Assembly: GCA_951406725.2 (NCBI GenBank)
Contig: OX597823.1
Span: forward strand, 93,000,001-93,064,000
DNA length: 64,000 nt
DNA from: Octopus vulgaris
Lineage: Eukaryota
Direction of reading: 5' to 3'
Shown: positions 26,581 through 41,605 of the stretch, piece by piece
Position numbering within the stretch: the first letter of the stretch is position 1
Layout: each line of letters opens with the position of its first letter
The notes under the pieces: generated by a model
Told to the model about the DNA's origin: nothing
What the model saw: only the letters and a program-made list of their open reading frames with translations
Database searches by the model: none
Position numbers and translations under genes: made by a program

Positions 26581-29500
26581 TTTCCTGTTTCGTTATCGCT
26601 CGTTCATATATATTATATATTCTTTTAACGGAATATTCATATTTACGTCGTCAAATGGGGTTTTAATTCAGAAATATTCTCTCTGCCTCTTTGGTAAAGC
26701 AAAAAAGAAAAAAAATAATAATAATAAACGAAGAAAACGACAATCAATAATGCTTATGAATATTCTCTGTGATGAGTTATTCATTAAAAGCGTTTGTAAC
26801 ACATATAACGAATAGAGGTAGCAATTTTATTCCACCTCCCACCTCTAATTTTATTTTACTTCAGTAGCACACAAATATAATGAGTGAAATATGGAACTTA
26901 TAATATATATAATGATTTCTGGCTGTAATGTTTAACCCACTCGTTTTGTGTGATATATTTTAATGGATAAAACTAGCGCCGTTCCTTCACCCGGAAGAAT
27001 GAAAGCGAGGCTGAATTTCGGATATTGGAAATGTACGTGAGATTGAATTTTGTGCATTGGAAAACAATACTTTATGATAGTTTTTTACTATATATATATT
27101 TTTTGTATTATGTGGCGTTGTGTCCGTGTTGTGTATTCCCCATCGTGTGACCATCGGTTTTGGTTTGTTTAAATCCTCGTAATTTTTGTCAGAAAATAAC
27201 GATAGAATAAGTGCCAGAGTTTAAATATATGTATTGGATCGCTATAGTCTACTGAAATATTTCGAGGTGGTGATCCTGCATGGCCGCAGTCCAGCAACTG
27301 TATCAAAGAGAAGGGAAATATAAAGACATATTCATATATTCCACCCGTAGATTTCGTTCCATAACGCGAAATATTACAGGAAAGCTAAAAACTCGTATTT
27401 CTAACTTGTTTAGCTTTTCTAGCTTTACATTTCGGCCATGATGTAGTGTTATGATCGAAAGATTTTGAGTGGCAGCCATCACATTTTCAGCCATATCACT
27501 TTAAGCCAATAAAGCCTTCTGTTCTTTTAAAGACGAAATGAGCTGGTTTGTGTCAGCACTTAATGTCCTTTATTTTTAGTATATTGGACAGCCTCTAGTG
27601 ATTTCATTATTAGCTCTTGCAACCATTTTGGGCCTCACTTTCTCTACATTTGTTATTAAATGCCTCTTTGATGTCGACTGTGTGGAAACCATTTCTGTTT
27701 CCTGTTGAGATAATTGCACTTGCCTATCTTGTCAGATATAAGACTGAAAGAGGCAGCTGACCATTGCTAGTCACAGATTGTATATCATAAATTATACGTT
27801 CCTATTGGCACGGTGCTTTATCATTCAGCAATTATCAGCAGGTGAATAACTTAACACTTAACATAGCTGGAATTATATTTACAAACTGTTATATTGATTT
27901 CAAATTTTAGCACAAAGCCAGTAATTTTGGTGGTGAGGGTCGCTAAATCGATTGTATAGATCCAAGTACTAGGCTGGTACTTATTTTATCGACTCTGAAA
28001 CGGGATATTTGAACTGAGAACCTACAGAAGAAATGCCGTTAAGCATTTCTCCCGGCGTGCTCACCTCTCTTCGAGGTCGCCGCTATTTTGCAGACTCTTA
28101 TATTGCCATTCGTTTCTTACTGGGTTCATAACCAGGATATTTCACACTCATTACCTTCAATGATTCAATTTGTTGGATAGCAACATACGATCGCACAGAC
28201 ATTTCCACATTCACAAAGGTATATTCATTTTTAATATTTATACTCATTCACAAAGGTATATTCATTTTTAATATGTATCCTCATTTATCACGGCGGTTGA
28301 GTAACAATTAAAAACCGTGATACATGAATGGTGTTCAATCACTTTGTAATTTGAAGCGAACAGTAATTTCATTGCCACCCACATCCACAATCAGGTATTT
28401 TCCTGTATATCTCTATCTTTTTCCTGTAGCAAATACACATGTTTTCGTCCTCCTTTAGGATTAAGGGTCATTGATTATTTTTGTTTTTGTTGACCGGTTG
28501 CATGTTGATAAATAATAGTATATAAATATGTACAAAAATATCCAGCCTTGCTGCATCATAAAAACACCAGCTATAGTTAATGCCTTTTAAACTGCTGAGG
28601 TTTATGTGCGGTCAATGGGTTGCGTTTTGGGACCAGCAGTATCATCCATTAATCGTCAATTCAAGTTATAACAAATTTTGTATAGTTTACTTGTTTCAGT
28701 CATTTAACAGCAACTGTATATGTGCTGAAGCAGTGATTCGAAGAATTTTCACTCGAATAAATCGACACCAGTAATCATTCTAGCAGTTTCAGAACCGCTA
28801 CCCTACGGGGAGTTAAACACACCAACACCAGTTAACAAGTGATTCTGCAAGACACACACACACACGGGCGCACGAAAGACTTTATTTTAGTTTACGTCTA
28901 CTAAATCCACTCGCAATGTTTTGGTAGGTTTGTGGCTATATTACAAAACACTTGTCCAAGTTGCAATACTGTGGGTGAGAACCCGGCACCATGTGGTTGG
29001 GAAACCAACTTCTTACCAGGCAGCCATGCCTGCGTAATATATTTCGCAACTGAGTGTACGATTTTATTCCGGATCAGTGAAGAAAGAATCAGTGTTAAAC
29101 GAGGCTATATGCACTGATAGATTTTATTTGTTAAATTTCGCCGAATTTTGTCTTGACGTAACATCATTTACCTGTTTCGGTCAGCGAAACGGAAACTCTA
29201 GTATTGCGTGAATGGTCTTTTATTATTTTTTTTGTTTCTTTTATACATTTACCGAATTCATTTGAAAGTTGACCAATCCTGAAAGCTTTCGTAACTAATC
29301 AAGACATATAAACTAATATTCAACGAAGCTGCGTTACTTAATCACATTACCGATTCTCCGTGTTACGTGCACATTAGTCAAGCTACGCTGCAGATGCTCG
29401 TCTGAATGGCACGTACCTGCCCACAATTTCATTCAACTCTACGTTATCAAATCGCGATTCCTAGTCCTACATCTTATACCTTAAGCAAAAGTACTTGATA

Positions 29501-31513
29501 CACCCGCTCTTCTCACTTTCGTCATCATTTATTCCAACATTTCTTCACATTCTGACTTTACGTCGTTGCTACCACATAATGTAATTATGTAAAGTATATT
29601 CTTTATAACTACAGTAATCTTGATTATCTAATTAGCATTGCAATATTGAATTCGGACATAGCCTGAAGAATATGTATTTAGAGACGTTGTATAGTCTTCA
29701 CGTCCGATCTATCACCAGACTGGTGCTTATTGTATTGATTATGGATGATTGGACGTCTAGCACAACTCTGGCAAGATTTTATCTCGGGAGATACGGAATG
29801 TACCTAAATAACAATTTACTATCGATTGGAGATAATTCATCAATCATGGATTATTATTTCAGTATCAAATTGCGTGTGCGTGTGCGTGTGTGTATAGAAA
29901 GAGGGAGAGCGAGAGAGAAACAGAGAAAGAGACTTCATAAAACTCAGTGTGAAGGAGACAGACTCAACATATACACTGCTAAAAACTCAAAGTTATATAT
30001 CATTACAAAATCCATGTCACTCCGTTTTTTCGAAGCGGGTGGCGTGTTTATAATATTTGTGTTTTTCACTTACCGAGTTGTTTTACATTGCATCAAATAT
30101 TTTGCAGGAAAATAACATCGTTATCTATGTAAAACACCATATTAAATACACTATCTTGCTGCCAACGGTGCATCAGACTAGATGTATATACACAAGTAAA
30201 AGGCATGATGTTGTGGTTGTTGCCTGAGGGAAAATCTCTTCACAAATATGTTGTGTGGAAAACACATGAATCCGTGGGTGGTGAACATCATCGCAGTAGT
30301 GACTCATCAGAACGACAGACGTGCTTCGCTCTCCTTGGATCTTGTATATACTCTGCGCTCGATTCTCTCTTGATTAAACGAAATACATGTCTCTCTATAT
30401 ACGAAACATTGACTAATACATCGATTGATATTAGAGAAAACCTGTCGTGTTCCATAAATCTCGGTGTATGCAACCAAAACAGAATTAAATTAAAATCATC
30501 ACGAGTTTATCTTACTAAATATTTATACAACAATGATAATCATGAAGCTGTGATTTTGTCTGACAGAAACTCCCTTAGGATGTACGCTGTGATAAAAATA
30601 GAACATATCGAATTGAGGCGCACATCCGCACATGTGGCACACTAGAACGACAGATATCCTTCATGCGCTTTGAGGATTGTCAACGAAATATACATTCACT
30701 GTTATTGCGGAATGGTAGCAGGGGTGTAAAGAACTCGGTGGAAACAATTGAAACAATTTTGAATTAAAATAGTCATCTGTGTATTATACTAAATGTCTGC
30801 ACACAAATGAAAGGGATGATGCTCTGCATTTTGTCTCAGAAAAATTCGCCTTACAATAATTGGTATGCCGTTCAACAAATAACAACTAGATGGTCCCGTT
30901 TTCTTTAGTAAACTGTGAGGTTTTTGCGTCTCAAGTTGATGCCTTTCATACGAAACATCACTTTACGTTGAAATATATAACGGTTGATGAATTCATTCAT
31001 CTGGTTATTTCTACTTCCAAGTAGGCGATCGTCGTTGCGGTGGACCGTGTTGTGCTGTACATTTATAAATACACAATAACATAGACTCCTCACTTTCATG
31101 AGGAAATATACACTGGAAACGCCTATAGCCCTTCCTCTTGACACTTCTGATTTACTTTAATTATGGTTTATATTAAAGGATTTTTTTGCATCCATTGCTC
31201 GCTTTCAATGATTTTTAGAATACTCCGCAACGTTTTACTGTGTCATACTATTACATTGTTGTAGCCTCCGAATGATACCAACTCGGTAGCCAGGCCTAAT
31301 GGCTAATATCCCCACTTCATGGGCCGACAATTCATCGCAGGGTTACACAATTACTGCTGGGTGAACTGGAGAAATGTGAAATGAAGTGTTGCTCGAGAAC
31401 ACAACACGCTAAACAATGGGTCATGCGCCATTACACACACTCACACACTCAGAGCCCCACCCCAACACACACAGACTCCTATATATATATATATATATAA
31501 ATATATATGTATG

Positions 31514-31580
<67 letters not shown>

Positions 31581-32761
31581 CCATGTAAATATGGGAATAT
31601 ATAAAATTCAGGCATTTCATCACAGCAGCATCTCACGCTAGAAAATTGCTACCAACATGTGCAATAGTAGTGTTAAAAATATACACCCTTTAATCAACCA
31701 AAAGGGGATTGGTTATACTTCATCCAATTATATGAGAAACCCGCAAACCTAACACATGTACACCAAATAAGCGTGTTATTCTCATAGGATAGATATTAAA
31801 AATCTTAATAAAGTAATCGAAAAGGTAATTGAATGTTACGCGCATTTAGGTGAACGGCTTCGTATATTTCATATCATATGAGATATGCAATGCTACATAA
31901 TGAATCGAGAGCCAGTCCAATTCGTCAGAAATTTTAATTTTTAATCACATTAAAATCTGTGTGTGTGTGTGTGTGTGTGTCAGTAAATACTTATCTAAGT
32001 GTATGTGTGTGTATGTGTATGTGAAGATAACTATGTATTACGTGTGTGTGTGTGTATGTATCAATGTGTGCATGTACGTATGTATGAAGTTATATGTGTG
32101 TTATTATATGCATATACACGGGTGTTGTTGAGGTGGGGAAGACATTAATTTCTAGAAGCTATAAATGTGGCGTTGAATTTCGACATGTTTGTATACTTCG
32201 CCATACAAGCAGAAACAAGCAAATAAAAAAAAGCTAATGATATTATATAAATGAAGTATTTGGTGTATAAAAGATCATCAGATACAATATTCTTTGCAAA
32301 GTAATGAAGGAAATGGAATCACAAAGTCCAATATTATTTGTCAGGAAAATAGATAATTATATTCTCCGCTCTAAACGTTTATACAAGATATGACCAGTGA
32401 TAAAAATCGTTTGTTTGTAATTTGATTTTATTAATGAACCCAAATATTTCTTATAATATTCAATATTAAATATCTTGTTTTCTCAATTTATCTCCTGTTA
32501 TCAAGTTCGACTTTTCAATTTACGCCTAATATCCCCATAATATAATATATATTTTTTAAAATCTTTATCGTGCAATAATTTCTCTATTTGTTAAAGGTTA
32601 CATTCGTTCGTCAAGCTACGTTATGTCTATCAAAGCAATTTTTTTGATTGATAGTTCTATATAATGATAACTGATTCGTTTCTTTTATGGAATATTTTTT
32701 TATTGCCGAGTGTCTTATACCAGATGATGGATGTATTATTATCTATTGATTCTATTATATA

Positions 32762-33300
32762 TATATTGTATTGACTCAAAAGTTGTGCAATATTTTGCTT
32801 GCTTATTTGTTTTATTCGTCAAACTTCAACAAAAATACCATACGATTTAAAGTAGAGGCCATCGTGTTGCACTGTCTAAAGCCACCTTTCTGTCAGTTAT
32901 TTGATCCCACACTAATACCAGTACATATCCTTCGAGGCAAGGAACTCTTTAACTGAAGTTTCCATCCTCTCTTGATTTTATGAGGCATCTTAAGCGCAAG
33001 ATGTCAGGCATAAGTAATAATCTGATGGAACTATGTCTGGAATTAATTCCAGGTCGTTCGTTCAGTATGAGTTCTTGCATTGTTTTTCTGCAGAATAGCT
33101 CGCTTTCTTTCAACCAGTGTCGTGTAGTTTTGTTGCACAATGGCATACATCCTCTCCAGCTGTTCGCAGTATAGGTTGCCACCGACGGTTCGATCGACAG
33201 GAAGGCTCTCGTAGTGAATAATACCTTCATACGTCCATCAGACGCAGAGCATCACCTTATGTTCAAAACGCCCATTTATAGCAACAGGTCAACTACTGCA
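32762..33300 (-). mobile_element. mariner transposase relic with 3' TIR
   Basis: Minus strand: RFEHKVMLCV*WTYEGIIHYESLP...LYCEQLERMY...RKRAILQKNNARTH...PDIVPSDYYL...KEFLASKDMYWY*CGIK*LTERWL*TVQHDGLYF. Confidence 0.85.
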
Positions 33301-34419
33301 TATGCACGTTAGAATTGCGAAAAATTATATGTCTCGGATTATTACTTATTCTGATCCACGGCTTACTTCCTACGCTTGTGATACCTCCTTAGCCGAATAT
33401 TTTCATATCAATATAGTACTATTTGCATAAATAGCCTGTACATTTAGCCGCTTTTCGAGTATTTGCATAATTTCCAATATACACATTCCTGATAACCTGT
33501 TACGTTTAGGCCTGAATCATAGATTCGGTTTGGTAGAAAAACTTGCAAGAATGAACTCAATCGCTTATTAACCCAGAACTGGTGGTACATTTATATTGCA
33601 GTCAACAATATGATGATATTTTATTTTGCACTTTTTGTTCTTTATTCCTCACAGTTCTTGTTTTGGTTACAATTTGTACGAAAATTGAAATTTTTCTGGG
33701 TTAGTTTTTCTTTATGAAAACGTTGTTTTATCTTTTATTTTTTGCCTGATACTTGTTGTGGTTATGGAACTCTATCACTGCTTTGAAGGCTTTAGTGGAA
33801 CAAATCGCCACAGTACCTGCTCTTTTTCGATTTCTGATATTTATTTCATCAGCGTCCTTCATCAAAACCGTAGGTTACAGGAGCATAAGCAAAGCAGCAC
33901 CAGTTGTCAAGTGATTAACGAAAAAGCATAAAACAGACACATACATACACATAGAAACGCACACGCACTCATATATGTACAACAAACGTCCACTCGGTTT
34001 CCGTCAACCAAGTTCACTCGCAAAACATTGGTGGGCAGAGCTTTAGTAGAAGCACCTGACTAAGTTCCTACGCGGCGGGACTGAATCCGAAAACACATGG
34101 TTGTAAAGCGAGCTCTTAACCACATAGCCACGCCCGAGCCTTATTTAATATTTCGGGATATTTACTGCTAATATTAAACATAGCAATCTCTGTTAAACAG
34201 ATTTTATGATTATTCTATCGTGCCATATATTCACGTCAATTGTTGATGTTAATATTATATCTATTACTAGTAGAGATACTCGGCATTGATCGGGATTAGA
34301 ATGGCATATTCTTTTTTTATTCTTTTACTTGTTTCAGTCATGTGACTATGGATAGGCTGGAGCACCGCCTTCAATCAAACAAATCAACCCCAGGATTTAT
34401 GCTTTGTAAGCCTAGTCTT

Positions 34420-37314
34420 CTGCGGAATTAAAAGTGATCGAATAAAAGTGATACACTATGATAGTCTTATCACATTACAATTAAAACTGGAAGAATAAAA
34501 GTGAAACAATATTATTTCACAATATAGATGTTATTGTTTCACTTTTCACACGTAATAGAGAACCAGTGTAAGAAATGGCTACGTGCACGCATTAGGCAAG
34601 AAGCTGAAAATAGTTTGGGCCCATCAAATACATATAGTAAGAGAGACACATACAAACATAAATTTACGCATGTCAGTTTTTACATACGTATGTGTGTGTG
34701 TGCGCGCTTAATAATATACCTAACGCAGAAACACATACACAGTCACAGAAGCACACACGCACTCACAAACACATTCATATAGAAAATGTGACGTCCTCGT
34801 CGCCGGGGTATAAAATGTCATATACTATAGTTGAGCATAGAGATTATGTTTATGAAATGTTATATTGTTTCACACTGACAGACTCACACATACTCACAGA
34901 CACACCAGGAGGTCATGACTGTATTTAGGCTTTTGACCCACGAATAGTTCGGCCTCGATCTCCTTCCACTTAGGATTGCAGGTGAGAGTTATAAACAGGT
35001 CAGGCCTGCCATAATGCCGCACAAAGGTCATTGCCTCCTGCATTCTTTCGTGCATATTTCGGGAACTACCAGTGAATGTTGAAAGCAAGATACAGACATT
35101 TCCTATTCGTGTTCGAGCTGCATCATCGTTGATGGCTTCTCGGAGATGGATGTAGCTCTCGGAAAGCATTTGTTTTAGGGTGTAACTTGATGGAACCCAG
35201 TCTCTCCAATTAAATTCTTGTGCACGTATCAACTTCAAATTGGTGAAATAGCCTCCAGTGTGGTGGAGTTAATTACATCAGTTGTTTCGGGTCATAAATT
35301 GGTATGCGTAGAAGTCCATGCAGGATACTGGTTTTTTGAGATGTTCATTAGGACTTCTGAGATCTTGTTGTAGTATAGCGATATGATAGCCATCCTCTCC
35401 ATTAATAAACAGAAGTGGGCATTAAAGCGTGTCATACGATCGGTGCGTTTCACTAATTCTTTGGGAGTTGTGTTACGTCGAATGAGGACAACATCTCTGG
35501 GATTGTGCTGCTCACCATAAAGGAGTACAGCTATTTCATTGCATGTAGGTGCATTGTAACGGCCTGCATGTTCTCTAGATGGTCTTTTCTCAACATCAAT
35601 GACAATATTAAAATTTGATGAAGCTTCTATTTCCAACGCGTACTTGAAGCTATTTTTCTGGTCCAAAAGGTTTTGGCGTCGCATTTTCACCTGAAATTTA
35701 GTGCCAATAGAAATTGGCTGAGTTTCGCCGGGTGGCTTGTTCATGTAAGTTACTTACGAAGTACAGTTGAAGGAATTCTGGAACTTTATTTTCTGCAGGT
35801 TCGAGCGATCCTATTGTATGGTAAATCTGAGCCCGAACTTTAAAAGTAGGCATAAACCCGCGTTCCTTAACAAAATTCGGCCCGAAAGATGTAATTTGGA
35901 ATTCAGAATTGTACTTCCGGATGTTATTCAAAAAAGGCTTTGATTCTCTAGTTGTGCCAGCATAGAATGATTTCTACGGCTGTGGCGGATCCTTCAGGGT
36001 GGGTAATTTGACTTTTTTAGTTGCGCAAGACATACCAGGTGTTTGTTTTGGTCACTTCTTTGCGTTGCAGAAAGAGTAAGTGATGGACATATGTCCAATG
36101 TACATGCCTGGGTGGCAATCATAAGGAAGATAAGGGTCGTAGTGGAAAGCTTTTAATGGGCATCGTGAACTGCAAGGCGTTGGAAACCCCTGCCTATCAG
36201 CTCTTTGCTGAACTGAATTCTGCAGCCGAGTAATTCTATCTTGTGAGATCTTGGGAGCTCGCGCAGCAGCCGTGTTCGCAGCATTCATTGCCAGGCGTTT
36301 ACTACGCTTCTCGTCAGTCATGGCAGCTCCTGCAGCAGCAGTTGACGCAGCATATAGAAAATGTGACGTTTTCGTCGAACGCGGAAATACACACACTGAC
36401 AGACACATGCATATTCATACATAAACTCACAAACATACACTAACAGACACAGACACACATATATACAGAAGATATATCTTTGAAACAATAAGTAAATAAA
36501 TGTAGGTGACTTGTAATCAATTTCAAGCGTTAATGGCCAAGAAAAGGTTAAGAGTGAAGTGCAAAACACATAGATCTGCTCTCATCGTTGACAGAACAAT
36601 AGGCCGTATGTGTAGGGAGAATTTCTAGACTCGATTTCGAATCTCAGGAAGGAGCAAGAGAAGTGTGTACAGAACTCATCAGTAAATTAAATTCCGGGCG
36701 TATGTGATTTAAGCAAATCATTGATTAATTAATTAATTGCTAAGCCATGAGTGCCGTCCTTTCCTTGGATTGGGTGGGGAAAGAGCGTACATTAACGCAT
36801 GTCAGTCCGTCACATATGTATATATATGTATGTGTAGATGTGTGTGTGTATCTGTGTGTGAGAGAGTTGAATAATGTACGTAATGCGGAAAGACACACTG
36901 ACAGACACATGCTCACTCATATATTCACACACACATAGACATGTAGTCGAAGACACAGACACTCATACACAAAATGTAACGTTGTCGTCGCACGCGAACA
37001 CACACACACACATACTCACACACTCACACACACACTGAGAGACACATGCACACTCATACACTCAGACATACACGCATATTTTGGAATGGATCGGTGAAAC
37101 AATATTAAAAGTGAAAGAGGGTAAGTGAAACTATCATATCTTTACAATATAGATGATATTGTTTCACTTTTGAAACCGAATACCGAACCAGAGTAAGAGA
37201 TCGTTCCGGGCCCGCATAAGGCAAGAAATTGAACACTTTTTTAACCCGTGGCTATGTATTGCATGTGTAAAATTTATATAAAATCGGTTGAGTAGTTCCC
37301 GAGTTTTAGTGATG

Positions 37315-37345
<31 letters not shown>

Positions 37346-37360
37346 CAGTTTTATATATAT
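34420..37360 (-). mobile_element. Helitron relic: 5' end, repeated non-coding blocks and degenerate RepHel N-terminus (about 34905-36360)
   Basis: NNIRKYNSEFQITSFG...FKVRAQIYHTIGSL, EHAGRYNAPTCNEIA, LLSTFTGSSRNMHERMQEAMTFVRHYGRPDLFITLTCNPKWKEI (Rep motif 1). The 5' end atatataaaactgag(GT)n resembles those of the short Helitrons. Confidence 0.9.
36620..36688 (-). ncRNA. HHR motif inside the Helitron 5' non-coding region
   Basis: Minus strand: aattta CTGATGA gttct...agattc GAAAT cga GTC tagaaatt. Canonical CTGATGA, GAAA and GTC; stems II and III imperfect. Confidence 0.55.
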
Positions 37361-37574
37361 GAACTCCTAGGGCGGCGAGAAGGCAGAATTGTAAGTAAAC
37401 CGGGTAAAATGCTTAGCGGCATTTCATCCGTTCTTAGCTCTAATCTCGCCGAGATCAACTTTCCCTTTCATCCTTTCAGGGTCGAAAAACTAAGTTCTGT
37501 CTAAACAGTGGGGTTGATGTAATCAATTTACACCCTCTCCCGATCTTGCTGCTTTGTGCCAAAAGCAATACCTA

Positions 37575-37804
37575 TTTCTTTATTACCCACAAGGGGCTAA
37601 ACATAGAGGGGACAAACATGGACAGACATAGATATTAAGTCGATTATATCGACCCCAGTGCTTAACTGGTACTTAATTTATCGACCCCGAATGGATGAAA
37701 GGCAAAGTCGACCTCGGCGGAATTTGAACTCACAACGTAACGGCAGCCGAAATACCGCTAAGCATTTCGCCCGACGTGCTAACGATTCTGCCAGCTCGCC
37801 GCCA
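37575..37804 (-). mobile_element. Young tRNA-derived SINE (16236-type)
   Basis: Full head to tail copy, near-identical to 16236-16445. An older plus-strand copy lies at about 37370-37565. Confidence 0.9.
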
Positions 37805-38000
37805 TACTCGTGCCTACTTAGATGGTTTCCTTTCGTCCTCATATGTAGCTATTTTAATTATTTACACCTTTTCGAGTATATTTGAATACTTCGAAAATGT
37901 TCTTGTCTGGAAAGTGATTTGATCTGAGACCGTCGTCGGTTGAAACTAAAAACATTGCAACATAGAAGCCATTTAATTGTCGTTCAAAAGCAATATAAAT

Positions 38001-38132
38001 GCTGTTCACATCAATTAATTATTTCTTGTTTGATGTCAAACTTTTCCTCCTACTATCTGCGACCTGGTCACTGATTAGGTCGCAGTTAGTGTTTTGACAC
38101 TAAATAATAAATGATTAATTGAAGTTAACAAC
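38001..38132. repeat. Palindrome related to 9537-9762
   Basis: ctgcgacct-ggtcactgatt-aggtcgcag centre with arms tcaattaattattt / aaatgattaattga. Confidence 0.6.
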
Positions 38133-38852
38133 TTTTGTGTGTTTTTGTATGGTTAATGTATATCTTTACACTGTAATTGCCTCGCTATTTTGGCATTAAA
38201 GTAATACGTCTCACATATTAACAAATACTGGAGTTAAATACAAACGATTGGAATATTTGTCTTGTAATGGTGCACTTTAAATGCAATTATTATTGTCGTT
38301 ATATTTCTAATTTGCTGACATCAGTTCATTTCAATTACGCTTAATAACAACGCATTCTTGTAACACGCCATGTTCTTTTCATTATTTTATTTTTGCATGT
38401 CTGTTATTCTTCAATATTTCATTACTGTATTATATTATTCTATTGCAATCATCTTCTTTAGTGGCGACTGATATACGCAAGTTAATACAGTTATAAATAT
38501 TTACAAAATGTATGGTTTCTAATATTGCTCTCCCGCTGATTACTCCAAGATTATTTCAGCTAATTACAAACTTTCTTTTAACTTTCCTCAGTCAGAATCA
38601 CATTTTGAAACCATTAATTTTTCCAGAAAACTCAATGTTATATTTATATTCTCTATAAAATACATCACGTCAATGCAGTAGCAAAATGTTTCGTGAGCTA
38701 ATCTTAAGCTTACACATAGAAGAATAATTACTTCTCCGGCACGTTTTAAAATAATTTCATCTTTTGTCATAATTTACTGCTGACATAACTAACTTTTAGC
38801 ATGCCTCTTGTTATCATTTCAATCCAGTATATATTTCCTCCTTTTCTTTAGA

Positions 38853-39010
38853 TATCTATTATATAAAATCCGTTCTGTTTGTCTGTGTGTGTGTCTTCTA
38901 GGATCTCAGGCATCCTCCATCCGATTGCTCTCAAATTTGATATGTAGATACCGACGGTATCAGGGCATGTACAGATCTTGTAAAAATTACGAAAATCGAC
39001 TCCAGGTGTT
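38853..39010 (+). mobile_element. Non-autonomous Helitron 5' end
   Basis: tctattatataaaa...gtttgtctgtgtgtg...tccgattgctctcaaatttg: 5' TC, GTCT-type microsatellite and CCGATT box. No 3' end seen. Confidence 0.55.
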
Positions 39011-39830
39011 TTTGTTCTGCTTTTCTTCCGTCAACCTGTACATAACTGTACCTTCAATGTTTTATTGTTTTTGTACTGCTTAAAGGTATGTTTCTTTCCT
39101 GCCAAGCTTACTGTTTAAACCATGTTTGTGTTCTCCCAGCCTTATCATTACTGGTACTTTAAACTCTTCGGTAGCATATTTGTGTGAATAAAATCGTTTT
39201 TTCTTTGGAATAGAAAAAAGGCTATCCTTATTTATTCTTTTGATAGTTCTTTTTGTAGAAAATCGGTTCCAGTCTCAAAGTACAGTATAAGGGATAAAGT
39301 TTAGAATTGGAGCATTATATTGCATATAGATTTAACAGCAGCTCCGACAAAACTAAAGAGCTTAAGGTGTATGCATAAGTTCATATGTCGTATTTAAGAG
39401 AGAATGCAAGTGATTGTATATGGCTGTTTGGCGCAGAGGTAAGGTTAACATTAAAAAAGAAAATTAACATATTGTTATTAGTAACAGTTATGTTCGAGTG
39501 TTGACATACATCTTGCTACGCCCACTCAATAGAATCATTGCTTGTTTGAGTGCCATTTTCTTTCTTGTAGATATTTCACGATCAGATTGTTGGAAAGAGT
39601 GTCTTGCTATGCATGACAATCGGAAAGTGAGTTGTTCCTTGGAAGAATATTTAACTTTCAACTTTTGTTTTTTACTTGTTTCAGTCATTAGCTTGTGACC
39701 ATGCTGGGGCATCACGTTAAATTTGAATCGAATGAATCGGCCCCGTGGCTTATTCTATTTTCTGAAGTCTGGTAGTTTGTCCAGCAGTGTGTGGGGAACA
39801 AACACGGACATAAAAACACACACCTGTCTT

Positions 39831-39910
<80 letters not shown>

Positions 39911-40962
39911 CCAATCTATCTATCTATCACCCTATCAATCAATCAAGCAATCCGTCTATCAACAGACAGACAAATAGACAGACAGACAGATAGACAGATA
40001 GATAGATAGATAGATAGATAGATACATACATACATACATACATACATACTTACATACATACATGTGTATGTCTTTGTGTCCATCTACTAGAACCACACAC
40101 AAGTCTTTGGTCGGCCTGAAGCGATAAGAGAAGCACTTGACCCAGGTGCTACACAGTGGGGCTGAACTTGGAAGTATATGGCCAGGTAGCAAATTTCTTG
40201 CCACACAGCCAAACCAGTGCCTCTCAGCAGATTCTTATGTCTGTGTGAAATACAAAGTAAGCCTCACAATGTATTTGTTATACAAATTCGTTTGGTTACT
40301 TGAGAAAAAGAATAATTATGGAACGGATTTAGCTAGGACTACTTCGAAAATGAAATCTTCCTCATAAGTTTATGTATTATACTGATCGGAGGGAGCTCGA
40401 TTGGTGCACGTTACATGTTGGCATCAATGTATGTATGCTCAAAAGTTTCTCGCACAAGTCTTTACTACAATGATAATAGTTCCTAAATTCCAAAAGTTGC
40501 ACCAGAAATTCTAAAACGTAGCATGACGCAAGTCACATTTTTTCATAATACATAAATTGATTTTTCCAGGAACCACTTTTGGCAGCGACGTTTCCAAAGT
40601 AAGATTGATTGAGTTTTCACATATGCGAAGAATACTTGATTTGGTTTTTACAAAACTGCCATTTTCAGCTATATAGAATTATATAAATATCCATTTACAG
40701 TCTACATGGCTTGATTCAAATGTTGCATATACACGGTCTTGAAATAGAAGTGCAGTAATTTTCTTAAATCTTACACGCGTGCATTTACATACCTCAAATA
40801 TCAAATAACTGGAAATCGGTATACGGCTATAAAATTATTCAGATTTCACCAGTAATATAAATATACGCATGCATATGTACGCATGTGTCTACTGAAATAC
40901 CATTTTCATTCTTTCTCTCTCGCTCCACCTGTCGTGTCTCTCTCACTTTATGTGTCATTGTG

Positions 40963-41021
<59 letters not shown>

Positions 41022-41211
41022 TACATATATATATATATAGTGAGAGAGAGAGAGAAAAAAAAAGAGAAAGGCAGACAGACACAGAGTGAGAGATTTATAT
41101 ATACGTATAAATATATATAAATTTATATGTATATACACTCATGCACACGCACGCACAGATATACATGTATATATATGTGTATTGTGTATATGTATGGGTA
41201 TATGTATATAT

Positions 41212-41605
41212 GCAGTGGCTGTGTGGTAAGTAGCTTGCTTACCAACCACATGGTTCTGCGTTCAGTCTCAATGTGTGGCACCTTGGGCAAGTTTCTTCCA
41301 CTATAGACTTGTGAATGGATTTGGTAGACTGAAACTGAAAGAAGCCCGTCTTATATATGTATGTATGTATGTATGTATGTAAATGGGTGTATATTTGTGT
41401 GTCTGTGTTCGTCTGCCCACCATTGCTTGATAACCGATGCTGGTGCGTTTAGATCTCTGTAACTTAGCGGTTCGGCAAAAGAGACCGATAAAATACGTAC
41501 TAGGCTTCGAAAGAATAATTTCTGGAGTCAATGTGTTCGACTAAAGGCGGTGCTCCAGCATCGCCGCAGTCAAATGACTGAAACAAGTAAATGAATAAAA
41601 GTATA
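41212..41605 (+). mobile_element. Full-length CORE-like tRNA SINE with internal microsatellite
   Basis: gtggctgtgtggtaagtagcttgc head, CORE-like accttgggcaag, tail ggcggtgctccagc..gcagtcaaatgactgaaacaagtaaa. Related copies at about 28685-29035, 33745-34140, 39660-40215 and 63760-63960. Confidence 0.85.

Noticed and set aside
29655-29696. CTGAAGA...GAGAC gtt GTA hammerhead-like string
   Set aside because: Stem II is negligible and GAAA is mutated. Indistinguishable from chance, as are similar weak cases at about 11515-11580, 45338-45368, 59764 and 60531.
30205-30645. 146-aa ORF in unique sequence
   Set aside because: No recognisable domain, splice context or compositional support.
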